Shown in pieces: positions 8,135 through 16,953 of a stretch of 16,953 bases of DNA. The DNA is from Octopus sinensis. Its lineage: Eukaryota. The stretch covers positions 1 through 16,953 of the forward strand of contig NW_021825031.1 in the NCBI RefSeq assembly GCF_006345805.1, read 5' to 3'. Each line of letters opens with the position of its first letter. Position 1 is the stretch's first letter. A model generated the notes under the pieces. It ran no database searches. It saw only the letters and a program-made list of their open reading frames with translations, and was not told the DNA's origin. Made by a program: the position numbers and the translations under genes.

Positions 8135-8470
8135 TGTGACCCCCTTCGGTCATGAATGACCATGGGATTGCACCTAGAAAGTTACCCTCCAAGGCACAAG
8201 TCTGGGCAAAGTTTTTTATGGAAGGCCAGCAGTCGCCCAAATATACTGGCCTTCCCTCTCCACGCCACCGATGTTATCCAAGGGAAAGGCAAAGGGGCCG
8301 ATACAGCTTGGCACCTGTGACGTCACAACTCATTTATTAACGTGCAAGTGGCTGAGCACTCCACAGACACGTGTATCCTTAACGTAGCTCTAGGGGAGAT
8401 TCAGCGTGACACGGAGTGTGACAAGGCTGGCCCTTTGAAATACAGGTACAACAGAAACAGGAAGAAAAGA
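8135..8470 (-). mobile_element. Probable SINE/LINE-tail-type interspersed repeats
   Basis: GC-richer sequence next to a (TTG)n run that I recall as octopus repeat tails. It cannot be verified from this window alone. Confidence 0.35.
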
Positions 8471-8505
8471 TTCCTGATGTGTGTCGTGTGTTGAAACAGA
8501 TATTG

Positions 8506-8612
8506 TATTTCGAGATGATCATTTATTTATTTATTTATTTATTTTGCGAAATAAACACACACACTATATAGTACAGGTGTGTACTTGGCAAGAAAATGAC
8601 CATCCCGAAATA
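8506..8612. mobile_element. ~105-bp MITE-like element with 19-bp TIRs and TA ends
   Basis: TATTTCGAGATGATCATTT 8506-8524 versus AAATGACCATCCCGAAATA 8594-8612 gives 17 of 19 complementary bases. The interior is also partly palindromic. Confidence 0.55.
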
Positions 8613-8652
8613 AAATAATATATAAAATAATATATGTAAAATAATATATATA

Positions 8653-9058
8653 GGCGCAGGAGTGGCTGTGTGGTAAGTAGCTTGCTTACCAACCACATGG
8701 TTCCGGGTTCAGTCCCACTGCGTGGCACCTTGGGCAAGTGTCTTCTACTATAGCCTCGGGCCGACCAAAGCCTTGTGAGTGGATTTGGTAGACGGAAACT
8801 GAAAGAAGCCCGTCGTATATATGTATATATATATGTATGTGCATGTATGCTTGTGTGTCTGTGTTTGTCCCCCTAGCATTGCTTGACAACCGATGCTGGT
8901 GTGTTTATGTCCCCGTTACTTAGCGGTTCGGCAAAAGAGACCGATAGAATAAGTACTGGGCTTACAAAAGAATAAGTCCCGGGGTCGAGTTGCTCGACTA
9001 AAGGCTGTGCTCCAGCATGGCCGCCGTCAAATGACTGAAACAAGTAAAAGAGTAAAGA

Positions 9059-9060
<2 letters not shown>
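8653..9060 (+). mobile_element. Full-length family B (CORE-like) tRNA-derived SINE
   Basis: GGCGCAGGAGTGGCTGTGTGG head, B-box-like GGTTCAGTCCC, CORE-like segment, internal (TA/TG)n and an AAGAG-type tail. Confidence 0.9.
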
Positions 9061-9108
<48 letters not shown>

Positions 9109-10120
9109 ATACAGGATATCCAGACAGTTTCGCCTGATTTCTCTTTTATTGTACATTGTTCCATTGTTTCAGTGTCTCATTCGTAGTTATTATTCCTCAT
9201 TGTTCTAGACAATAAAATTAATTGAAAAACCTACAACAGTTTTCAAAATAAGAATCGTGAGAAACTTTTGAGATACCCTGTATATATACAATATACATGT
9301 TATTAAACAACTCATTTATGATGTTTGATTAAATGTACATAGAGAGAATAGAGGGAATTATAAACAGTGCCGAACTCAAATTATATCTTTTTATTCTGAC
9401 TTCATTTTCTTAATTTATGAATGTTGTTCTAATATTTCATGTTTGTCCGTGCAAAACATGAAATTACGTAGAATATGAGATTTGATTATACAATTGTAAA
9501 GGAATATACATTTTCAAAGGACTTTGAACTCTTTTTATTCTCACACTTTACAGGCATGGCCGCACCTTCCTCTCTTTCCTCATCTTTCTCATTCTACTTT
9601 CTTGAATTGACATCTTGAAAGGCCATCTAGCCCTTGTGAGAAAATGTGCTTATCTACAAATATGTCGATAGGTATACCATGAGAAGGGAAAGGGGAGGAA
9701 GAGAAAAAAGAAGAAAAAGAAAAATGCTTTGTAATGAAATTTCAATAGGTTGAACATATCAAACAGAAAACGAGCCTCTTTCTTTCCCCCTTCTCTCTCT
9801 CTTTCTATCTATCTATCTCTATCTCTATCTATCTATCCTTTCTCTACCCTTTACTTTTTTTCCGCTTGATTGTCCTGAAACCTCTCTCTCGCAGTTTATT
9901 TTTCCCTCTCTGCTTTTCCTTTTCTCTTCCCCATTTTTTTTTCTAAAGAAAAACAAAAACATTTTCCTCTTCTTTTAAACAAAGCAAAAAACATCCACTT
10001 CATATAAATGAACAACAGAACTTCTGTTTTATTCATTTTTATTTTGTCTTAACGAGTTCGATAAACGAACAAAAGCGCTAATAAAGGATTATCCAAAATT
10101 CTGACTGCCTCCTATATATC

Positions 10121-10413
10121 TGAAGGGATGACAGGCAAAGTCAACCTCAGCGGAATTTGAACTCAGAACGTAGCGACGGGCGAAATACCGCTAAGCATTT
10201 TAACCAGCGTGCTAACGATTCTGCCAACTCGCCGCCTTAAATGGTTTCAAATTTTGCCTCAAGGGCAGCAATTTGGTGAAGAGGGACTGAACCGTACTTA
10301 TTTTAAGGATGAACGGCAAAGTCAGCTTCAGCGGAATTTGAACTCAAAACGTAGCGACGAGGGAAATATCGCTAAACATTTTGCCCAGCATACTAACGAT
10401 TCTGCCAGCTCAC
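10121..10413 (-). mobile_element. Two degenerate family A SINE heads in tandem
   Basis: GCGGAATTTGAACTCA occurs in both copies (10121-10236 and 10241-10413). Confidence 0.75.
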
Positions 10414-10443
10414 TGTAATAATAATAATAATAATAATAATAAT

Positions 10444-10838
10444 CCTTTCTACTATAGGCACAAGGCCTGAAATTCGGGGTAGGAGGCTAATCGATTTCAT
10501 CGACCCCAGTGCGTAACTGGTACTTATTTAATCGACCCCGAAAGGATGAATGGCAAAGTCGACCTCGGCGGAATTTGAACTCAGAACGTAACTGCAGACG
10601 AAATACCTATTTCTTTACTACCCACAAGGGGCTAAACACAGAGAGGACAAACAAGGACAGACAAACGGATTAAGTCGATTATATCGACTCCAGTGCGTAA
10701 CTGGTACTTAATTTATCGACCCCGAAAGTATGAAAGACAAAGTCGACCTCGGCGGAATTTGAACTCAGAACGTAGCGGCAGACGAAATACCGCTAAGCAT
10801 TTCGCCCGGCGTGCTAACGACTCTGCCAGCACGCCGCC
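10444..10838 (-). mobile_element. Chimeric family A SINE dimer with two different 3' tails
   Basis: On the minus strand: head from 10838, body with tail type 1 ending at 10607, then a second B-box and body with tail type 2 ending at 10444, followed by (ATT)n. Confidence 0.85.
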
Positions 10839-10877
<39 letters not shown>

Positions 10878-11000
10878 TCTGCAAGAAGTGCAAAAGATTG
10901 TCATACATACATACATACATACATACATACATACATACATACATACATACATACATACATACATACATACATACATACATACACACACACACATACATAT
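10839..11000. repeat. (AAT)n and (ACAT)n microsatellites
   Basis: Direct reading of the sequence. Confidence 0.95.
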
Positions 11001-11597
11001 ACACGCAAACATGTGAATATGTATTGAGAAGAGCATATCGATGTATGTATTGAGAAGAGCATTGTCGATGTGAGAACTATTACTACCCATGTATTTTAAT
11101 TTAACTTTAAAAAAAAATGAACGAACTATTGATAGTAATGATAGTAATAATAATGATAATAATAATAATAATAATGGTTTAATAGCCTACCAATGTAAAC
11201 TATGAGTTTCTTTGCCCTAGGAGTCGAGAAGACACTCGGCAAGAAATGGAAGCAAATTTGAAAGAAGAAGAAAAAAATTAATAATAACAATAATAATATT
11301 AATAATAATAATAATAATAATAATATCAATGACCCAGTTTCAATGTCATTTAAACTGTAAATATGAAAAGCTATAAATTGCTTCTTTTTTTTCCCCTTGC
11401 ACTCAAATACTATTTACTTTGTTTAGTTGCATTGAAAAATAAACTTATTTATAAATAATACAAAGCCAACCTTACATACGAAGTCGGAGCACGTTGATAA
11501 GACCTAATTCATGTGGAGAGTGGAGCGAGAGAGAATATGGACACAGATAGCAACAGTTATACATATTCACATGTTTGTGGGTGTGTGTGGGGGGTGT

Positions 11598-11881
11598 ACG
11601 TACGTATGTATGTATGTATGTATGTTTGTGTGTATGTATGTATGTATGCATGTATGTATGTATGTTTGTGTGTATGTATGTACGTATGTGTGTATGTATG
11701 TATGTATGTATGAATGTATGTATGTATGTGTGTATGTATGTATGTATGTATGTGTGTATGAGTGTATGTACGTATGTGTGTATGTATGTATGTACGTATG
11801 TGTGTATGTATGTACGTATGTGTGTATGTATGTAGGTGGGTAGGTAGATAGGTAGGTAGGTAGATAGATAAAAAGATAGAT

Positions 11882-11961
<80 letters not shown>

Positions 11962-11970
11962 AGAGAGAGA
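11598..11970. repeat. (TATG)n-(TAGG)n-(TAGA)n compound tetranucleotide array
   Basis: Direct reading of the sequence. Confidence 0.95.
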
Positions 11971-12135
11971 TAAGACGTATATGCACATAACACACACCCA
12001 TGCACGCACACACCCACACACGTATACAGAAATTTTCAGGCTTTTTCAGGAGATACATTTTTTTTTATTAATTCCAAAGCGGTACTAAACTCTAATCTCA
12101 TTCGCTTAACGTTCCTTCCCGAGTCACATAAATTC

Positions 12136-12205
12136 ATAGGTCCGGTTTCGTGGTTTCGTAGGAGTATATATCTTCTCACCAGACGGGATGTCGGTCCGTC
12201 GCAGA
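12136..12205 (-). mobile_element. Family C SINE 3' fragment
   Basis: Reverse-complement similarity to 12620-12685. Confidence 0.55.
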
Positions 12206-12469
12206 TCCTCTGATTTCAATGCACTTCGTGAAGGCCCCCACGAAAGACTTCCAAAGTGAAGGTGTCCAAGATCCTTATAACAACCGCCTTCTTGTTTACA
12301 ATGCCCTCGGAAGGACTGCTCGTAAGGTTCTCCTTCAGCTTGGGGAACAACCGAAAGTCATAGGGAGCAAGGTCTGGACTGTAGAGGGGATGAGGGACAA
12401 TTTGGTGCCCATCTCTGTCTAGTAGCTGATGACCAGGACGGAATTATGGATTGGTACTTTATCCTGGTG
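12203..12469 (-). pseudogene. Mariner (D34D) transposase C-terminal fragment
   Basis: Manual translation gives HQDKVPIHNSVLVISY*TEMGTK/VPHPLYSPDLAPYDFRLFPKLKENL...ILDTFTLEVFR/GAFTKCIEIRGS. YSPDLAP is at 12383-12363. There are 34 positions between the 2nd and 3rd catalytic Asp, one stop and two frameshifts. Confidence 0.9.
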
Positions 12470-12470
12470 T

Positions 12471-12688
12471 GGAGGCGCGTGGCTTAGTGGTTCGAGTGTC
12501 AGCATCATGATCGTAAGATTGTGGTTTCGATTCCTGGACCGGGCGACGCGTTGTGTTCTTGAGCAAAACACTTCATTTCACGTTGCTCCAGTCCACTCAG
12601 CTGGCAAAAATGAGTAACGCTGCGATGGACTGGTGTCCCGTCCAGCTGGGGAACACACGCAATTGAAACCAGGAACCGGGCCCTCAGA
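12471..12688 (+). mobile_element. Family C tRNA-derived SINE
   Basis: A-box TGGCTTAGTGG 12480-12490 and B-box GTTTCGATTCC 12524-12534. Also a CORE-like TGTGTTCTTGAGCAAAACACTT and a V-domain-like TGCGATGGACTGGTGTCCCGTCCAG at 12621-12645. Confidence 0.85.
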
Positions 12689-12729
12689 AAATCGGATGGT
12701 TTATATTTACAGATATTTATTTGTATATT

Positions 12730-12800
12730 ACATTTTTTATATATATATACATATATATATATATAATGTATATATGTATATATATTATATATATATCTAT

Positions 12801-12851
<51 letters not shown>

Positions 12852-12953
12852 CATATATACGTATATATATATACATATACATACACACACACATACACAC
12901 ACACACACAACACACACACACACAATATATATATATATATATATATACATATA

Positions 12954-13008
<55 letters not shown>

Positions 13009-13187
13009 AATAAGATATATATATATATATATACATATACATACATATATATAGATCGATAGAATAAGAACCAGGCTTAAAAAAAAGGACTAGGACCAAT
13101 ACATTCGACTATAAATTCTTCAAGGCGGTCCCCAGCATGGCCGCAGTCTAATGACTGTAACTAGCAAATGATAAAGATAACAGATTT

Positions 13188-13242
<55 letters not shown>

Positions 13243-13269
13243 TATATAATATATTATATTATATATATA

Positions 13270-13301
<32 letters not shown>

Positions 13302-13344
13302 AATAAATATATATATATATATATTATATGTATATATATATATG

Positions 13345-13420
<76 letters not shown>
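12730..13420. repeat. (TA)n/(CA)n microsatellite field with an embedded SINE tail (13053-13180, +)
   Basis: Direct reading. The tail contains TTCAAGGCGGTCCCCAGCATGGCCGCAGTCTAATGACTG. Confidence 0.9.
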
Positions 13421-13431
<11 letters not shown>

Positions 13432-13570
13432 GAGTGTATTTTTACCTTGTTAACAATTAACACGGAAAAATAAATAAATAGTTACCAGGGCAGCAAAAAT
13501 CTCACAAGTAAAGATGTAACTCTTGTTTATAAAGGTCGAAACTTCATGTTTACGTTGAATATTTTGAATA

Positions 13571-13826
13571 TTAGCAACTTATGACGTTAATCATATAACG
13601 TTTTTTTAAACAATATTAATAGCGTCTGTCTATCGCATACAAATCCATCATTTTTTGCTAAAATGTCGTATTGACGAGTTTCGTTTTTCACTTTCCGAAG
13701 AGAAGATTGCATTGTTTATACCATTTATTCTTTTGAATAGTATCAGTGGAATTTTCGAAACATGTGTCGAAAGTAAAAATACTTGTTTAAACCTGCGTTA
13801 ACTCCATTTTTTATTCATATTATTCA
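13571..13826 (+). repeat. PLE pseudo-LTR 1
   Basis: Direct repeat of 16397-16651. Confidence 0.95.
13684..13779 (+). ncRNA. Type I hammerhead-like motif with extended stem II, pseudo-LTR 1
   Basis: Stem I is UUUUU(C)ACUUUC 13684-13695 with GAAAGU-AAAAA 13769-13779. The core is (C)CGAAGA. Stem II is GAAGAUU 13702-13708 with AAUUUUC 13750-13756, enclosing further pairing. The 3' part is GAAAC-AUGU-GUC, with the predicted cut after 13768. Confidence 0.65.
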
Positions 13827-13946
13827 AAATATTCAACGTAAACACGAAGTTTCAACCTTTATAAACAAGAAGTTACAACATCTTTACTTGTGAGATTTTT
13901 GCTGCCCTGGTAACTATTATTTATTTTTCCGTATAATGTTAACAAG

Positions 13947-14018
13947 GTAAAAATACACTCATCTATTTATAATACTTTAATCAGGTTTATTAATAACCTG
14001 CTAAATGAATAGTTACAG
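13947..14018 (+). other. Putative 72-nt spliceosomal intron in the PLE 5' leader
   Basis: Donor AAG|GTAAAA at 13947, branch-like TGCTAAAT near 14000, acceptor TTACAG| at 14018, and ATG at 14022. Confidence 0.45.
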
Positions 14019-14021
14019 CAT

Positions 14022-16327
14022 ATGGAGTTATTGAATAGAACGCATCTCTAAGGACATTCCTATTCCACCTAGAATGTTTTCCTTAAACAATTGTCAATAA
14101 GATTAATTCATTCATCAATCGAATAAGATGGCTTACCTTTTTCTTTGACAAAAATGACACTCAACAACACACTAATGATAAAACATCTGAGTTCAACAAG
14201 TTATTTAAATCTAAAAATAGTCCGCCGCCTAACCCAAGGTGAAGCAATTTGAAGATGATCTCTGGTCCATTGTGAGAAATGTAAAATTTCAACGATCACC
14301 ACTAAGAAATAACATCTGAGGTATCTTCGCAACATCACCAAAGAAATCAATTCTATGGATACTATGTTGGTTCAATCTGATAAGACTGGAAATCTGTACA
14401 AACTTTATAAAGACTATTATTTGGAATTACTTAAAAAGAAATTCAGAAAAAGTATAAAATTGCTGATAAAAGAATACTTAAGAAAGCCAACATTGAGGCT
14501 ATGAAAATCATGGAGAAATAACCTACAAATGAAGACAGAACCACTTGTTCCTAAGCAACCTCGGTTCATTTTGAAGGATCACAAACCAATTTTTTTACTA
14601 ACCCATCATTAAGGCTTATCTGCCCTTCTAGCTCTGACATCGGTATCCTTAGTAAAAATATACTAGATAAATATATTCCTAATTTAATCAAAACATTAAA
14701 ACTTAGTTTATGGACTAATTCATTTGAAGTAGTTGACTGGTTAGGTCTATTAACAGTAAGGTGAGTACTAAGTTTATCCAGTTTGATATTTCCAATTTTT
14801 ATTCGTCTATTAATCCAATAGTACTTAATAAGGCACTTTGGCTTGCTCATAACAAAGCTGGTCTCACCCGAGAAGAAATTAATGTTGTGTTGGCAGCCAG
14901 AAGATTCTATTATTAAATTTGATGATAAGTTGTGGGTCCGTAAAGACACACCAGATAGTTTCGATATACCAATGGGAAGTTCTGATTCAGCACAGATAGC
15001 TGATTTGGTCTGTATATATATTCTTTTTGAAATGGCTGAAGAGTTCCCTAACATTTATGGAGGTCTATATCGTGATGATTGTTTACTTTACCTCCAAAAT
15101 GTTTCCAACCAAAAGGTACAAAAAGTTAAGAATAGTTTAGTTAATTTTTTCAGTAGAATGGGCTTAAAAATCGTTTTTGATGACGATCTGACGAAGGCCA
15201 ACTTTTTAGATATTACGCTTAATTTACACAGTGACTCTTACTTCCCATATCATAAACCGTTGACCAATCTTAAGTACATTAGCAAAATTAGTAATCATCC
15301 TGGAGCAATTACTAAGAATTTAGTTAAGAATATTTCATTTAGATTATCTAAATTATCTGCTAATGTTGATATTTTCAATAATAACGCTGAATTCTATAAC
15401 TCTGCCTTAATCAAAGCAGGTTATACAGAAAAAATTTTCTACATTGATTCTGCTCAGTCTAATTGTAAATTCAATAATGTAGATAAGATTTCTAGTCGTA
15501 AAAGAATTATTGATAACAACATAACTTACGCACCGATACAAAGCGAATGAAGGCAGATAACCCTTATTTAATCCCCTATTATCGATCTAAAGTAAATATA
15601 ACACCTTCAAAAGTAATTACGCTATGAATACTAGTAAAAAATTTGGTTAATAATTCCTTACGGGAGACAAATTAAATCTAATCTCCATGCTGTTTCGTCA
15701 AGCTATTGCTAGGAATTTTCCAAACAATTCTAGATATTACTCTATAATTAATTCACATAAGGTTAGGATAGGTTTTTCAAACACAAAAAAATCTCTTGCA
15801 AATTATATCTTTCATAATAACAAACTGTAAATATTAATACATTTACTAATACTATTAATTAGCTAATACCATCCAACCCTCTAGAAATATTAATAACAAG
15901 GTTATTGTATCTGAAGTCAATTCCAATAGAATTAAATTTATGTCAAGTAACTCTAAGATTAAAAATCTATATACCAGTGTATAATCAGTACTCGTAATAA
16001 AGTACGATTTTACATTGGAAGCACATCGTTAGAGTTATCTAAAAGAATTTCTATCCATTACTCAACATTTAGGGATAGAAATAAACGGGATAGTACCGGT
16101 CTCAGCAAACTGATTTGGGATTTAAAAGACCACAATGAACAATTTCATTTAGAATGGTTGATCCTCTCAATTTCGATTCCATATGACAAAGGCAAGAAAT
16201 TCTGTCTTCTCTTGCAATTCTGAGCTATTTTTCATATTTTTTCTAAATTACTCTAGTAAACACGGTTATAGAACGAGCATACAGATGTAAGCATTGGCAG
16301 AAACATACATTTAGTGCATATAAGTAG
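14022..16327 (+). pseudogene. PLE polyprotein: reverse transcriptase plus C-terminal GIY-YIG endonuclease, multiply frameshifted
   Basis: N-terminal KDIPIP...FINRIRW and DKTGNLY. RT motifs FIQFDISNFYSSI (14773), PMGSSDSAQIADL (14969), YRDD (15068-15079) and FLD (15203). Thumb region SNHP...RLSKLS...ALIKAGY. EN region YQCIISTRNKVRFYIG (15972-16019)...SKR...LSKLIWDLK...FCLL/CNSE...RCKH, stop at 16325-16327. Confidence 0.92.
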
Positions 16328-16396
16328 TCTTATATATAATTTAAACTTTAATTTCCTTATATTTAACATTCACTATTAATATCCCTACTCTTTATG

Positions 16397-16651
16397 TTAG
16401 CTACTTATGACGTTATATCATAACGTTTTTTTAAACAAATTAATAGCGTTCTGCTATCGCTATACAAACCATCATTTTTTGCTAAAATGTCGTATTGACG
16501 AGTTTCGTTTTTTTCACTTTCCGAAGAGAAGATTGCATTGTTTATACCATTTATTCTTTTGAATAGTATCAGTGGAATTTTCGAAACATGTGGTCGAAAG
16601 TAAAAATATTGTTTAAACCTGCGTTAACTCCATTTTTTATTCATATATTCA
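16397..16651 (+). repeat. PLE pseudo-LTR 2
   Basis: Direct repeat of 13571-13826. Confidence 0.95.
16510..16606 (+). ncRNA. Type I hammerhead-like motif, pseudo-LTR 2
   Basis: Same fold as 13684-13779. Stem III reads GAAAC-AUGUG-GUC (one extra G). The predicted cut is after 16595. Confidence 0.62.
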
Positions 16652-16664
16652 TATAAAAATGAGT

Positions 16665-16725
16665 ATATGTGTGTGTGTATTTATATATATAGATATATCT
16701 ATGATATATATATATATATACACAG

Positions 16726-16772
<47 letters not shown>

Positions 16773-16845
16773 TATATATATATACGTAATACATACGTAC
16801 TACATACGTGCATACATACATACATGCAAACTTCACACACGCACA
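16665..16845. repeat. (TG)/(TA)/(TACA) microsatellites
   Basis: Direct reading of the sequence. Confidence 0.9.
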
Positions 16846-16953
16846 TTCGCAACTATAACGAACAAGAGACAGAGCACTTCACAATATACAAATACAGTGT
16901 AAGTATATAATTATATCTGTTGACGCCCTTACACACCTATCCTTTTGTGTGGG

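Larger units (their letters stand above)
13421..13971. repeat. 150-bp inverted repeat arms (13421-13570 and 13821-13971) around pseudo-LTR 1
   Basis: TATAAATAGATGAGTG...ATTTTGAATA is the reverse complement of TATTCAAAAT...CACTCATCTATTTATA, over 90% identical by eye. Confidence 0.95.
13421..16651 (+). mobile_element. Penelope-like retroelement (C-terminal EN type) with inverted 5' arm and two pseudo-LTRs
   Basis: RT and GIY-YIG coding remnants, direct repeats at 13571-13826 and 16397-16651, inverted repeat at 13421-13570 and 13821-13971, and (TA)n on both flanks. Confidence 0.92.

Noticed and set aside
12426-12445. Canonical CTGATGA
   Set aside because: It lies in the antisense of the mariner fragment and is not followed by stem II and GAAA.
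3802-12540. tRNA-like heads with A and B boxes
   Set aside because: They continue into SINE bodies and lack a complete cloverleaf, so they are not tRNA genes.
14566-15054. 162-aa minus-strand ORF
   Set aside because: It is the antisense shadow of the RT coding region and has no recognisable motifs.
16627-16664. Small foldback at the PLE 3' end (ACTCCATTTTTTAT/ATAAAAATGAGT)
   Set aside because: It is AT-rich and needs two gaps. It cannot be distinguished from chance without other copies.
823-16852. Most ORFs in the six-frame track ([12 protein letters not shown], poly-S/L/V, YIHT)
   Set aside because: They are translations of microsatellites or SINEs. Only 14843-15550 (+) is part of a real, PLE-derived coding region.

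Overview
Repeat-dense, AT-rich eukaryotic non-coding DNA. The SINE types and microsatellite load look like an octopus genome; this is an inference from recalled repeats, not a database result. Almost all ORFs in the supplied track are microsatellite or SINE artefacts. The main real element is a Penelope-like retroelement (PLE) at 13421-16651. It has a 150-bp inverted 5' arm, two ~255-bp pseudo-LTRs, a putative retained 72-nt intron and a frameshifted RT plus C-terminal GIY-YIG ORF. The window also holds a D34D mariner transposase fragment, three tRNA-derived SINE families (nested, dimeric and tandem copies), several long foldback hairpins or MITEs, and many microsatellites. The most striking observation is five type I hammerhead ribozyme-like motifs (442-493, 717-752, 5609-5643, 13684-13779, 16510-16606). 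All lie in or beside (TA)n-flanked PLE-type sequence, all have short palindromic stem III, and none has the canonical CUGAnGA core. No host gene can be called with confidence.
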